From: Azolla caroliniana | Taxonomy: Eukaryota; Plantae; Polypodiophyta | Length of the DNA stretch: 64,000 bases | Assembly: GCA_043228905.1 (NCBI GenBank) | Contig: JBHGNT010000010.1 | Location: 8,370,001 to 8,434,000 of the forward strand | Reading direction: 5' to 3' | In this document: in pieces, positions 26,601-45,027 of the stretch | Numbering within the stretch: position 1 is the first letter of the stretch | Layout: each line of letters begins with the position of its first letter | Translations under genes and position numbers: made by a program | Notes under the pieces: generated by a model | What the model was told of the DNA's origin: nothing | The model's database searches: none | What the model saw: only the letters and a program-made list of their open reading frames with translations

Positions 26601-27815
26601 ATATTCATATGAATACGCTTAATCGTTTTTCTGTATATTTTATTCTTTTGGTATTGCACTTATTTCACTTATTATTATTTATTTTTCCACCTATTGAGAC
26701 TAGCTTCCTACATTTTGTCATGTTGATACAAATCTTCGTCAAAGACTCCCACATGATGATTAAGTGGATTCAATTCACAATGAGGCCAAGTACATAGATG
26801 GACACCACTATTGGATTTGGATAGCACCTAAGGTCCTTGATGTCAAGGAGGATCACAAATGTTGGTGTTAGTGATTACTAGGCCTAAGGTTCATACGTCA
26901 GCATCAATGTGGTTTGGCTATGTAGTTGTTTAAACCTACCAAAAATACTCATGATTGTGGTCCACTAGTTTACCAACATCACAATAGGAATAACTACCAT
27001 TGTGATTGAAATCCTAGTTCAAGATGCAATAAGGGTGATGTTCTTCATGACATGAATCTTTATGTGAACAACACTCTTTGTGATCATAATAGTGCTTCAA
27101 GGTGAGGTATGAATGGTGTTCTTTGCAATCATAATCGTGCTCAATATTTTAACTAGGATTCCCTCTTGGGTTTCTATATCAGATATTGATTGGTTTTGGG
27201 TATCATTTGGTGGATGTTGGGCGTAGTTTTTACCAAAACACTATATTTGTGGTTCTTGATTGTTTTATGTGGTAATGGAATGAGGTGCAATGGATATGCA
27301 ACACACAATTGGTCCAAAATGATTAACATTTATATTGCCATATTGTCCATCAAAAATATTGCTTTGGTAGAGTTCCTCATATGGGAAGACCTCGACAAGG
27401 TTGTCCATGCCAAGGTCAGGTTTCGTCAATTCCTTAAAGGTGATGGTAAAAGCTAAGGATGTTGAGGGTATCTGCAAGGGCCCCCAAAGTGTTAATAGAA
27501 ATGTGCTTTCAAGATCATCTTCGGATTGATGACAAGTTAGCTTCCAATGGAACTAGTGGAAATGGATCATGAATAATTATAATCCTTCCTCAAATGATAT
27601 GCCATGCAAAATCGCTCATAAGTTTCTTTGAAGAAAAATTTCCAATGTTAACTTCCACAAAGTCATTGTCGATTGCAATGGAAGTCAAGAATTAACATAT
27701 CTATAGCTAACTATGCCAATTGGCAACCAAATCATAACATGAAACGCTAAACTCTTGATCCTCTAACCTTATGGCTGTCCAAACGCTATGATAATTTGAT
27801 CTATTGAATGTACAT

Positions 27816-28183
27816 TGGACTATTAATCAGTTTCACAACTTGATACTTTTTTAAGGAAAAATAGTCGTTCTATGGAGAACTTCAACCATGTACCTTAACT
27901 TTTAACCACTATGGCATAACTTTCTGTCAAGACTATCACACGCAAATTGTACCATTTCATGCCATTTGTATTCATAATTCTATGTAATGTACTATCAATG
28001 GACTATTAATCATTTTCACAACTTAATACTTTTTTAAGGAAAAATAGTCAATTCTATGTAGGACTTCAACCATGTACCTTAACTTTCAACCACTATGGCA
28101 TAAATTTCTGTCAAGCCTATCACATGCAAATTGCACTGTTTCATGCCATTCGTATTCATAATTCTATGTAATGTATTATCATG
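27816..28183. repeat. Tandem duplication of ~183 bp
   Basis: ggactattaatca.tttcacaact...tctatgtaatgta occurs twice. Confidence 0.9.
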
Positions 28184-29135
28184 TTACAACTAAAAGAACA
28201 TAAGGCATTCCCAGGGTTTACAAAAGTGACAAAGGGATCTCTCCAGAGACAAGAGCAGAGGTTTGTAGGCAGTCCTTAGAACATAACCATTATTAAGCCT
28301 TACTATTTTCTTCTTTTGAAAATTAGTATGCTTTGTCACAGCTTTCAATGATGATCTATATTTTATGATGATACCTATCTAACAATTTCTGAGAAATGAC
28401 ATGGCATCGGTGAATACCCAACTAAAAGAAACCAAGTATAGCCCACTCGATTCACGTACATCTGCGATGACCAAATGATATTACAAACAGAAAATGTGCA
28501 CCAAGTATGATAAAATTTGAACCTCAACCCAAATGATATTATAATCAATGGAAGTGCAACCAAGCCAGGTGAACTTTGAACATTCTTATCATTGCATATG
28601 ATCCTGATTATAATGAAGACTACGACAGCACATGAGTTACACACTTTTTTAAACGCTGTGTGCCCGTCCGCAGAAGTCTATAGATCACTGTACTCCGCAT
28701 ATTATAGCAAATGGATCAACAATGACAGTAGAATCGGCCAGAAGCCATACCATCCATCAAGAATAGAATCCTGTTACATAACCACAAAAAAGGGCCTCTG
28801 CCCTGTATCAAGAGTGAAATACAAAACTTGGTGAAGTCACCACCAGTGCATGAGAAACAGTTGTGCTAGCTAACTAACCAACAAAACACAAAAGGTTATC
28901 ACAGCAAAAGCTGTTGTACAGTCTTTCTGCCAACAGCAAAATTGTTAAAACTTCCGACGATTTTGCATTACCTGCTATAAAATTTGTACTCCAAAATTAC
29001 AAGTGCGCACACTTCGAATTGATCGGAAATGTCTTGGCTTATTAGAACTAGAAAAGCTGCAAGCGGCATATATCATGTCATCATATGCCATGTGCGAAAA
29101 AGAACTGTAAACAGCAACGCCAGCCCCCAAACAGC

Positions 29136-33402
<4,267 letters not shown>

Positions 33403-33510
33403 GCTTCGGAGAAACGAAACTCGGCGGCCTCCTTCCCCACCAATTGTGTTGATATATGGCTGCTACCTAGATTTACAGAGGAAAACCTGCAGAACACGAC
33501 ACATCAGCGG

Positions 33511-33599
33511 AAACCCTAAAAAGAAAAGGAGGGGGGCTTTTTCAAAACAAACCCTAAATGTAGCAGCAGGTATCTGCTGTGTTGTAGAAGAAACCCTAG
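33511..33599. promoter_or_regulatory. Telo-box cluster (AAACCCTA x3) upstream of the helicase ATG
   Basis: aaaccctaa at ~33511 and ~33549, aaacccta at ~33591; telo-boxes are typical of plant translation-machinery genes. Confidence 0.6.
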
Positions 33600-35176
33600 A
33601 AAGAATATAGCTACCTGTGTTGGAGAAAGAGGATTCACGAAGACGATGATGAGAGGGCAGAGAGTGATGGATGGCTACACAGGAAAATGAATCAAACCTC
33701 TGATTTCATCATCATGGTCATGGCTGCAGAATCATGAAATATCACTTCTTCATGAAACATGAACCCACAAACAAATATGTATATATGTATACAGTATAAC
33801 CAAAAACCTCCAAAGGTAAATAAATAAAGACAAAGGAAAGATCAATTATGTACATATGTATATGGTGTGCTTGTAGTTACTAGTAGTAGTTTCTATGTAA
33901 TAGTAAAAGTAAGTAAGTTGTATAATGTTTCTCCAAGAAGAGTAAAGGTTTCATTGCCAAGCATCAAACATCACATGTGTGGGGTGGGTCGGCCCTCGAG
34001 AAGGGTTTTATCACCAACCATCAAGCATAACATAACGTGTATGGGGCCGGTGTCCTTCCTTGTCTACTCTAGGTCTTGGTATGGTTGGTTTAGTTCGGGT
34101 CTGACCCCTGGTCCAGTCTGGACCAGGTCTGGTCTAGTCCAGCTCTAGTCTGGTTTGGTGTCGTCCGATGTGTCTCGCTAACCCATCTGTGCCTGCCATG
34201 ATCCCTCCTCATCCGCATGCCATGTGACCTATGGCCCTCAGTTTGCCCTTCTTGGTGCTCATCTCGTTGTGCCTTCCCTTTTTCTCTAATTCACAACACC
34301 AAAGGGCGTGCGCCTCACAACCCCAAATTCTTTGGATTAAATGGAAAGTGGATATACTAGATCTCCAAGTTCCCTTCCATCCACCACCTCCGATTGAAGG
34401 TGACTTGATAATACCTCCCCAAAAATGATGTCTTTTTAAGAATGTCAAACTCGCGCATAATGGTTTTGAATTCTACACATTTTCTCTTTCATACTTTGTT
34501 CTTTCTTGCCAATGTAAATAGCATCTCTAAAAGAGTGCAAGCCTCCACCCTTTTTGGGATATGTATTGACACCTTCAATCACAAGGTATTAACCACATGT
34601 GTTATTAGCTTTACTTTTTTAAAGTAGTTTAATGGCGAACTTTGTTAGCATTGCCTTTTTATAAAGAAGCATCGTAGTTTTTGGAGCATTACACTAGTGC
34701 ACACGATATCAAACCAACAATCTTCAATTTCAAAAGAACAAGCTTTAATGAAACACTAATTATTTTGAAGTTAGTATCCTTGAAAGTTGTTTTCTATAAT
34801 CGTCAAGTTTGGCTTTACATTGAAGCCACCAATTAGTGGCAATGTTTGTGTTTCATACTCTCAGGATTGTGGTGTTTTATGGATAGGGATACCTATGTTT
34901 GCTTTCTTCTTGCAGTTAGCCCATTTATATTTGTGTTTCAACGAGACAAAGGGTGTGGATTATGAGTTGCTCTAATATGCACATGCAATGCTTAGCTTTG
35001 TTGATTTAGAGCCCACATAGTATCATCATAGGTGAACATTGGAAAACAACCCTTAATACCTTATTCTCTAATTTCTATAGTAGAATATGGAGGTTCCCCA
35101 CTAGTGAGATAATGTCTTATATAAAAAAAGTGTGTCTATGTTGGTGTATATACAACTATATATATATATATATATA

Positions 35177-35340
35177 TACGCAAACCACCAAAACCACTTT
35201 GTGAACTACGGTGTTGGGCGTGCTCCCCTGAGAAAAGCTTAGGGTTCTTCGATTGAATTGTAGTATGGAATCATCTCCAAACATATCGGTTAGAGTGGGC
35301 ATGTGCCATATGTGGATACCACCTAAAGCTATAGGCATAT
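35177..35340 (-). pseudogene. rbcL: Decayed rbcL fragment (nuclear plastid DNA insertion)
   Basis: [27 protein letters not shown]...VVLVVCV aligns with RbcL [27 protein letters not shown]...VALEACV. Confidence 0.85.
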
Positions 35341-35584
35341 CAATATAGAGATATATATATTTGTTTGTTTTGTGTGTGTGTGTGTGTGTGTTTGCTTGTT
35401 ATCCATGAAACCAAGGTGTCCATATGTAAACACTGTAACTAGAGGAATCTAATTAGAATAGGAATCTGACTGAGTTACTTACCTAGTTAGTTATAACGTT
35501 AAAAAATAAGTCAGTACTAGTAGAATATAATTTGGGCTTGGCATTTATAGCTCATATGAATGTAAGAGAATCTAGTATTAAAAG

Positions 35585-35781
35585 AGAATCACATAACAAT
35601 TTATGGTGAGATAACATCTAATGCACCACTCCCATTACATTTGCTCCTTCCTATCTGCTACCAAACATTAAAGAGGATTTAGAGTTATACGAGAATCACA
35701 TAGCAATTTATGTTGGAACTAACATCTAATACACCACTCCCATTACATTTGCTCCTTTCTATCTGCAACCAAACATCAAAT
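35585..35781. repeat. Tandem duplication of ~107 bp
   Basis: gagaatcacata.caatttatg...caccactcccattacatttgctcc occurs twice. Confidence 0.85.
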
Positions 35782-36848
35782 AAGGAATGGGAGATAATCT
35801 CCACAACGGATGGTTTGGGGAATGCTTTGATAATAATGTGGAATTGATAATAATGCATTTAGGTCTTCTTCATGGACTCATCTTGTTGCCTGATTCAAAT
35901 CTTTGAGAAAGTTGTAACAAGGGATTCATCTTAATATTTGTTTTGGGTATCTGAAAAACTTTGAGTATGCATTCAGATCCATTATGACTGTAACTTGAGA
36001 AGCTATCTGATTGAAACATTATCCTTTTACTATTTATTTATAAACAAGAAACCATTTAATGTTGCATGCCATACTTACATGATTTCTGCACTTGTATTGT
36101 GATCAATTATTTATCCTTTCGTATTTATCCATCGCAAGGGTGAATGTGAATAGCATAGGAAGGCATTCGACGGAAAGTCTATTTTAATTGATTATGACTT
36201 GCAAAATTATTGTTCAATCCATTATTATAGGGATTCCTATCATAATTTCATACTTATGAAATTATCAAATGAAGTTTGTAACCTTTTCATGTATCAAGTC
36301 ATTCTTCTACACTTGCATCCAAATCAACACTCATCATTTTCTGTGTTAATCTGTTTGAATTCCACAGAATCCTCTTAGTGTAATACTATTTGAATTAGAG
36401 TGGGCTAACTAAACATGTTGACACAAATTAAATGGTAATTGAATGAGCAGATTTATTTCAATCATTTTAGTGGTGATTAAGACGAATGATTCATATTATT
36501 TTAGCACAAACGATTAGCACATTAGCTGAATATCACGTCAGAGATTATGAACTATCACAGTCAATAAACAAGCATTTGCCCTTAATTTGAGATGTGCAGA
36601 AACTCATTCTTTACATCATGCAAAAGATGTCATTGTGGGATGGTTATTCTGTATATTCCTAATAAAGAGTAAGTTCTCCAAACTCCTGACTAGGCGCAGT
36701 CCTTACAATTAGAGCGATTTCCTCTCCCATTGCAATAACTAATAAAGTAAAACCATGAAATATAATATATGTGGCTCCATTCAGCCGGTGTATATGTGGT
36801 ACATCAGATACAGTGCAAATATAGATTTTTCGACAAATTTTGTATTAC

Positions 36849-36969
36849 CTCATAGCCAGATCCCCGAAAGTGTTTATCAATTTCTGCAAGGACCTTTCCA
36901 TTCTCATCAGGCAATGTAAAAGTCCGGTTCCGAAAGCCTGGATTTTCAACAACAGCAAATTGTCTCTTT
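36849..36969 (-). pseudogene. Isolated exon of a phospholipid scramblase-family gene
   Basis: AG|...|GTAAT-bounded 121-bp exon encoding KRQFAVVENPGFRNRTFTLPDENGKVLAEIDKHFRGSGYE, resembling plant scramblase KQFAVVENPGFWNWTFTL.D..G.VLA.IDR..RGFG.E (consensus from memory). Neighbouring exons not found. Confidence 0.7.
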
Positions 36970-37817
36970 CTGCAAGCATAATAAGAAGATGCATATTGTT
37001 AAGAGGTGTGCATCATATGTTTATTTCTCTGTCTTTTCCTCATATGTCTACAATAGACACAACTTTAGGTTCTAGTTAATTGCATGTTCTTAAAGAACCA
37101 AAATTTGATTGTCTAAACAACCCTAAAAAACATGGCCCCACAGTTATAAGGAAGCGTTTCACAGCAATCCATTGATTGTCCAAACGATCCTTAAAAAATC
37201 ATGTTGGGAACTCTATATCCTCCTGCTGAGGCCTTACATAAATCTTTTGTTGCTGCTCGAAGCCATAACCATATAGCTTCTGATAATATATTAACCAACA
37301 TTCAATAAAAACTTGATTACTCACTAAAACAGACAGATTGATTGGAGCTTATTGAGCAAAATCATTTATTCACATTGATTACATTAAAACACATAGATAA
37401 CTATAGTCTATAGTATATACCCATACATTTTCCCCCTTCTCCCTTTATTCTCTATTTCTATAAGGTTCTAAAATTTGTGTTGATGTTTCTTCCCTTTAAC
37501 TAATACAGAGGTGGTGCCATATCGTGGAGGTCGAAATTGCAAGATTGCACGACACTCTTGACTACAGAGACCGAGTACATAGCTGCATCGGAAGTAGTCA
37601 AGGAAGCCATTTGGTTGCATCGATTGTCGGCTGACCTTTTGGCCTAGAGCCAAATCGACCATCAGGCGTCAACCCTACATTACGATTCTCAGAGTGCAAT
37701 ACACCTCATCAAGAATCTGGTATATCATGCTAAGACAAAGCACATTGAAGTGAGGTACCACCGTATTTGGGAGCTCATCATCGACAAGAAGCTTGACATC
37801 TAGAAAGTGGATATTAA

Positions 37818-40800
37818 TGTTGGGGATTGCCGCTTTCAAACCTTCACCTCTCGGCCACAACCGAGGAAACACGGATCAATGCAGTAGTAAATCGAACACA
37901 CAGAGAGAGACTCGAATGCACAAGGTTTAGCGTGGAAAACCCTAGACGGGAAAAACCACGGGAGTGCAAGACTCCAACTATCACTATACGCAGTGAATGT
38001 ACAATGGTGAACTACAAGGCGACGACCTTGAGCTCGCTGTCCTCGCCACAGGAGGCGGTATTACACAGAGGCGTCGACCTCTTCCTTTCTCTCTCTCGTT
38101 CACTCTCTCTCTCGGCTGCTCTCACTTCGCTCCCTCTAAGTGGAAAAACAGAAAATGAGCAACAACTCCAAAACTGTTTGCCCTAAGTCATATTTATACA
38201 CATATAACTTTCGGGCTATTTACAAATATAGCCTCAAGGGCCCTTGGCAAACATATTCACAAATATGTCCCCGCATCCGGATCTCTCTCCGGGTACATTC
38301 GTCATCCGGCTCCGTAGCCGGGGTCTTCATCATCCGGCTCCGTAGCCGGGGTCTTCATCATCCGGATCCGGAACCGGGTTCTCCTCATTCGGGTCTTCAT
38401 TCCCGATTCCCGGACATCCGACCATCCCATCCGGAGGGACCGTAATCCCAACAAACTCCCCCTTCACTTCGGCATGGGATGTCTTTCCAGTCCGACCTTC
38501 CTCCGGCACGCTTCCAGCTTGTCGGGTGTGAGCACTTTGGTCAGCATGTCTGACCCGTTCTCGTCCGTGTGGATCTTCGTCAGCACGAACTCCTGGTCTT
38601 CTATCCTTTCCCGGATCCAGTGATATCTTCGCTGGATGTGCTTCGTCCGGGAGTGATAGGCCGCGTTCTTGGCAAGGTGGATGGCACTCTGACTGTCGCA
38701 GTAGAGTCGGTACTCCTCCTGCCGGATACCGAGCTCTCTAATGAAGTCCTTCATCCATATCATTTCCTTGCCGGCTTCAACAGCCGCCATTTACTCCGCC
38801 TCCGTGGTTGACAATGCAACCGTCTTCTGCAGCCTCGACTGCCACGAAACAGCTCCCCCTGCATACGTCATCACATACCCTGATGTGGACCGGCTGGTAT
38901 CTACATCAGCCGACATATTCGAGTCGGTAAAGCCGTCGAATTCGGGCTTACCGGAGCCGAATCGGAGGCACACGTTTGCCGTGCCCTTCAGGTATCAGAG
39001 TATCCACTTGGCCGCGTTCCAGTGCTCTTTTCCGGGATTGCTCATGTACCGGCTCACCACTCCGACTGCATATCCTATGTCCGGTCTTGTACACACCATT
39101 GCGTACATCAAGCTTCCGACGGCAGAGGCATATGGTACTTTCATCATGTCCTCCTTCTCAGCCTTTGTCTTGGGGCTTTGCTTGCTGGACAACTTGCAGT
39201 TTGCCGGGAGGGTTGACCCGACCGGTCTTGCTTCCGACATGTTGAACCGGTGAAGCACCTTTGTCACGTACTTCTCCTGTGACAGCCACAACTGCTTCTT
39301 CTTCCGGTCCCGGATGATGTGCATCCCTAGTATTTGCCTCGCCGAACCCAGGTCCTTCATTGAGAAGGTTCGGTGAAGCGCTTTCTTCAGCATCCGTATC
39401 TTGACCTGGTCCCGTCCGACGATCAACATGTCGTCCACGTATAGGAGGAGTATTAGAGAGTCTCCTCCTTCGAACTTCTTCACAAACACGCAGTGATCGG
39501 ACTGCGTTTTGTGGTACCCTTCGTCGGTCATGAAAGAGTCGAACTTCCGGTACCATTGCCGGGGAGCCTGCTTCAGTCCGTAAAGGCTCTTCTTCAACCG
39601 GCATACCAGGTGCTCCTTCCCTTTCTTCTCGAATCCTTCCGGTTGCTGCATGTAGATCTCTTCTTCGAGGTCACCGTGAAGGAATGCCGTCTTCACGTCC
39701 ATCTGTTCTACCTCGAGGTCCATGCTTGCCGCTATGCTCAGCACCGTCCGGATGGAAGTCATCTTCACTACCGGGGCAAATATCTCGTCGAAGTCGACGC
39801 CCTTCTTCTGCTGGAACCCCTTTACCACGATCCTGGCTTTGTATCTCGGGGGGTTTTCGGCATCTCCCGGTTTCAGCTTGAACACCCACTTGTTTCGAAG
39901 TGCCCGCTTTCCTTTCAGCAACTCCACAAGTTCATATGTGTGGTTCTCATGCAGGGAATCCATCTCCTCATGCATGGCACTTAACCACCTGCGGCTATGG
40001 GTGTCAAGCTTTGCTTCTTCAAAACTCTCCGGCTCCCCCTCGTCGGTTAGCAGCACGTGCTCTAGTTCCGGAAATCTCTGGGGGGCCCTTCTCTCTCTTA
40101 GAGGATATCTCCATTCCGGAGCTTCGGTAACCGGTTCCTCCGTTTCCTCTTCATCCGAATCCATTTCGGGATCGGGGCCGGTTCCGGTATCAATTTCATC
40201 TTCCTCAGCCGATTCTGTTTCTTCACCGTCTTCGGCCGGATCCTCGAGTGCTAACCGGTCCCTTGCCGGTCTAGACTGCTCCTCGTAGAGTTGATCCTCA
40301 CCGGTCGACTTGGAGCTCTTCATCTTCTTCTCCGACTCCCAGTCGGCGAGTGTCTTGTCCTCCATGAAGATGATATCACGACTCCGGAATATCTTTTTGT
40401 CGACCGGGTCCCATACTCGGTAGCCGAACTCGTCATCGCCGTAACCGAGGAATATGCATGGCCGGGTCTTTGGATCTAGCTTTCCTCTCCGGTCCTTTGC
40501 CACATGCACATATGCGAGACACCCGAACACCTTCAGATGCCGGTACGATACTTCCCTACCGGTCCACACTTTCTGCGGCGTGTCTCCGTCCAAAGGTACT
40601 GAGGGTGATCTATTTATCACGTATGTCGCCGTCGACATTGCCTCAGCCCAAAACCCCTTGGGTAATTTCGCATGCGCCAGCATACTCCGGACCCTCTCCA
40701 TTATGGTCCGGTTCATCCTCTCGGCCAACCCGTTCAGTTCCGGCGTCTTCGGCACAGTAAACTCGAGCCGGATTCCCTTCGAGCGACAGTACTCCTCGAA

Positions 40801-43204
40801 CTGCCCCCGGTATTCCCCTCCGTTATCCGCTCGTATCGCTTTCAGCTTCTTGCCGGATTCCCTTTCCACTCTCGCGTGGAGTTCTTTGAAGACGCGCAAC
40901 ACTTGGTCCTTTGTCTTCAACGGTGCCGTCCACAGCTTCCGGCTGTGGTCATCAATGAATGTCACGAAGTACTGGGCTCCGCCATGTGACTTCGTTTCTA
41001 CTTGACACACGTCAGTGTGCACCAACTCCAATGGCGCGCTACGTCTCGTCGGTGGCCTTGAGTGGAAGGAGGTTTGGTTCTGCTTACCGGCCAGGCAATC
41101 GGTGCACTTCTCCAGGTGCACGTGCTTCACTGGAATAAGGTTGTCTTCTGCAAGCCTCTTCATCCCCTTCTCACTCATGTGGCACAGTCTCTTGTGCCAC
41201 AGCTCACCGGCAGTGTCGGATGCCACATTCAACTCCTCCAGATACAACCAGGCACTCATAAGGTACAATGTGTTGACTTTCCGGGCCCGAGCCACTATCA
41301 GGCTCCCCTTGCTAAACTTCATTACGCCGTTCCGGATGCTACCTGTGTAGCCTTCATCGTCTAGACTCCTGGCCGAAATAAGGTTCAATCGAACCTCGGG
41401 AACGTGTCGGACATCCTTCAGCAACATTTTGCATCCGGTCGAGGTTGTCAACCACACGTCTCCTATGCCGACAATCCGGCACGTACCTTCATTTCCCATC
41501 CGAACACAGCCATGCTCACCGGCTGTGTAGGATGAGAAGTATCTTCTTTCCGGGGTCAGGTGGAACGACGCTCCGGAATCGACCACCCAGGTAGTCTCAT
41601 CGCCGGCAATGTTTAGTTCACCTTCTTCGGTGATGAGCATGATCTCCTCTTCACTTGCCGCGAGTGTCGTCGTTCCTTTCCGGTCCTGCCCTCGCCGATC
41701 CGAACCATTCCGGTCCGTGGCTCCCCGGTAAGCACCGTTCCGTTTCGAAGACTTCTTCGAATCGGTGTCGTCGGCTCCGTTGTCTTTTCGGTAATGCCGA
41801 CAATTCTTTCGGAAGTGCCCCGGCTTCCCACAGTGGAAGCATGTGGGCCTTCCTCTTGACTGCGACCGGGTCCCAGACTTCTCCCGTCTTTGCGGACTCC
41901 GGTTCCGTTGTCTTCCCCGATCCGATTTGGTAAGCAGCATCTTCGGATCGGAGGCCGGTTCTTTATCTCTCCGACGCGCTTCTTCGTTCAAAATGCTTGT
42001 CTTTACCGTTTGTAAGGACAAGTTATCTTCGGTGCAGGAGGTGCTGAGAGTCACCACCAAGTTCTCCCAGCTTTCCGGCAATGTACACATCAGGATGATG
42101 GCTTGCATTGCATCCTCCAACGGGAACTTGATCGCCGCAAGCTGGTTCACGAATCCCATGAACGTGCTTACGTGTTCCACCATACTCTCTCCGTCCCGGT
42201 ACTTGAGGTTCACTATCTTCCTCATCAGGGAGGTCCGGTTCAACGCATTCTTCCTCTCGTAGAGGCCCGACAGCTTCTGCCACATCTCATATGCGTTGGT
42301 GTCGTTCGCCACATGTTGTAGAACGCTCACGTCGACGTATTGCCGAATGGTTGCAACGGCTTTCCGGTTCAGAAGCCTCCATTCCGTCTCAAGTACCCCC
42401 TTGGGTATTTCCGACCTGTCGATCGGTTCATACAGGTCCCGAACGATGAGCAGATCCTCCATCTTTATCTTCCAGTCGGCGTAGTTCTGCGCATTCAGCA
42501 CTATCATCCCCGGCTGCCCGCTGCTGCCGCCTTCCATTTTCTGCACTGCAGTCGCTCTGATACCAGATTGTTGGGGATTGCCGCTTTCAAACCTTCACCT
42601 CTCGGCCACAACCGAGGAAACACGGATCAATGCAGTAGTAAATCGAACACACAGAGAGAGACTCGAATGCACAGGGTTTAGCGTGGAAAACCCTAGACGG
42701 GAAAAACCACGGGAGTGCAAGACTCCAACTATCACTATACGCAGTGAATGTACAATGGTGAACTACAAGGCGACGACCTTGAGCTCGCTGTCCTCGCCAC
42801 AGGTGGCGGTATTACACAGAGGCGTCGACCTCTTCCTTTCTCTCTCTCGTTCACTCTCTCTCTCGGCTGCTCTCACTTCGCTCCCTCTAAGTGGAAAAAC
42901 AGAAAATGAGCAACAACTCCAAAACTGTTTGCCCTAAGTCATATTTATACACATATAACTTTCGGGCTATTTACAAATATAGCCTCAAGGGCCCTTGGCA
43001 AACATATTCACAAATATGTCCCCGCATCCGGATCTCTCTCCGGGTACATTCGTCATCCGGCTCCGTAGCCGGGGTCTTCATCATCCGGCTCCGTAGCCGG
43101 GGTCTTCATCATCCGGATCCGGAACCGGGTTCTCCTCATTCGGGTCTTCATTCCCGATTCCCGGACATCCGACCATCCCATCCGGAGGGACCGTAATCCC
43201 AACA
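37818..43204 (-). mobile_element. Young full-length Ty1/Copia (Tnt1/Tork-like) element (Copia-3)
   Basis: 636-bp LTRs at 37818-38453 and 42569-43204 with 2 visible mismatches; TSD ATTAA; iMet PBS at 42554-42565; PPT at 38456-38464. Confidence 0.98.
38464..42546 (-). pseudogene. Copia-3 gag-pol polyprotein, single frame with two premature stops (38995, 38791)
   Basis: CFHCGKPGHFRKNC, WVVDSGASFHLT, HTDVC, RADNGGEY, YVDDML, RTKHIQRRYHWIRE. Confidence 0.95.
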
Positions 43205-43471
43205 ATTAAGGTGGGTATCGCTAACAGCCTGACGAAGCCACTCCCAGATCAATGCTTTGGCACACTAAAAGGACAGATGGGACTATAGCAAGCGAGTGAG
43301 CTAAGAGGAGCTGAACGAAAAGAAGCAAAAGGTGAGTCAAAGATTGGTCTAGCCAGACGAGCCGAAATGGCTAAGTCAAAGGAACCATATAGCCAAAAGG
43401 CTATAGACGCAGCTGAGTACAAGGAGACTAAAAGGACAAGAAATGATCGAAGCGTGTAAATAAATGAGAGA

Positions 43472-43525
43472 TGTAGGTGATACTATGCAGCAGAAGTGAA
43501 CTGTGTGTGTGAGTGTACGTAAGAC

Positions 43526-43569
<44 letters not shown>

Positions 43570-44983
43570 AACAAGAAGATGTATATTAGCGAAAAATAGA
43601 ATTACATCCAACAGTAACTAAGTTACAAAGAGTTGATTTAAATACCAACTAGTCTAGGGCAAGTGCCCTTTTTACTAATTACAAAACTAGCTTAATGTGA
43701 TGTCCACTGGCTAGTGTGAACATTATCTCTAAGGGAAGTGGAGTTCAATTCTCAACATGCCCCTTCAAACACAAATTCCGGATGTCAAAAAGTTGGTTCG
43801 GTTCGATCCTTGAAAATCTTCGATTAGGCTGAATCGTTTTTCGGAAGGTTATTTGACACGGCTTTGATTGTTCAAGTGCTTCGTGCTCCTTGTTCGGCTC
43901 GATTATTATTGTACTTGGACTGCTCGGGTCGGCTTGGATTGGTTGATCGACTACAACTCCTCTAGTTGATATTATTCGATACTCCCCCTCAAGCTCGACA
44001 ATGTAGATATCGTGAGACCAAAGTTCGATGTAAATTGCCCGAGCTTGTCGACTCCTAAGGCTTTTGTGAAGATATCGGCAACCTGAAGGTTCGTAGTGAT
44101 GGGTTGTAAGTCGACATCTCCGGCCTGAACGTGCTCTTGGATGAAGTGATAGTGTACTTCAATTGGCACGTGGAACACCGGGTTCCAAGCCAAGTAGATA
44201 CTGCTCATGTTGTCACATTATAAGAGAATCAGATCTTTGATGGGAACGCCCAAATCCTTCAATATGCACTTTAGCCAGAAGGCCTCGCATGCGGCGACTG
44301 CCGCGCCCCTATATTCGGCCTTTGTGCTCGACAATGCAACTCTCAACTGCTTTTTGTTGCTCCAGGAGATTGCTCCAATGTCGAGGGAGAAGAAGAATCT
44401 AGATGTGGATCGTTGATCAACTTTGTAACCAGCCTAGTCTGCATCAGTGTACCCTTCAAGACAAATGATTGTGTTCGATTTGTAAAGGATGCCGAAATCC
44501 ATCGTCCCATAGACGTATGAAAGTACTCTCTTAGCGCAATCGAAATGAACATTTCGAGGGTTCTGCATGAATTGGCTAAGGAGACCAACCGAATAGCTAA
44601 GATCGGGTCGGGTAATGGTTAGATAGATTAAGCTACCGATCAGTTGACGATACTAAGTCAGCTCACAATCTTCTGTTCCCGAATCGACATCGAGCTTGAG
44701 ATTTTGATCGAGAGGGGTAGACACAGGTTTGCACTCAGGCATCCCGAACTTGTAGAACAAGTTGAGAATGTAGTGTCGTTGAGAGATCAGTATCCCGACT
44801 GATGTCCAAATTACTTCGATACTGAGGAAGTAATGGAGCTCGTGCATATCTTTCATTTCGAATATGCTGGATAGAAACGATTTTACCTTATTAATGTCGA
44901 CTAGATTCTTTCCTCCGATGACCAAATCATCCACGTACATGATGATTACGATCAGGTTGTCCGACTCATTTATGATATACAGG
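43472..44983 (-). mobile_element. Truncated decayed Copia (RT-RH plus 3' LTR ~43472-43757)
   Basis: YVDDLVIGG..FEMKDMHELHYFL; IEVHYHFIQE..ADIFTKAL..LRGS; LTR containing (GA)n and ending ctcaaca. Confidence 0.75.
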
Positions 44984-45027
44984 TGTTGAGATACAAGCTC
45001 AACATTGGGTGCGTAAACCGGGTGCGC

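Larger units (their letters stand above)
37508..43460 (+). mobile_element. Old Copia RNase H fragment (37508-37817 plus 43205-43460) split by Copia-3
   Basis: GGAISWRSKLQ..TTETEYIAASE..AKTKHIEVRYH continues after the TSD as SLTKPLPDQCFG; related to 10842-11200. Confidence 0.75.

Noticed and set aside
26700-27800. Possible decayed retroelement coding sequence
   Set aside because: No diagnostic motif could be read with confidence.
37201-37285. Possible further scramblase exon (GYGFEQQQKIY)
   Set aside because: Only a 4-residue match and no convincing exon structure.
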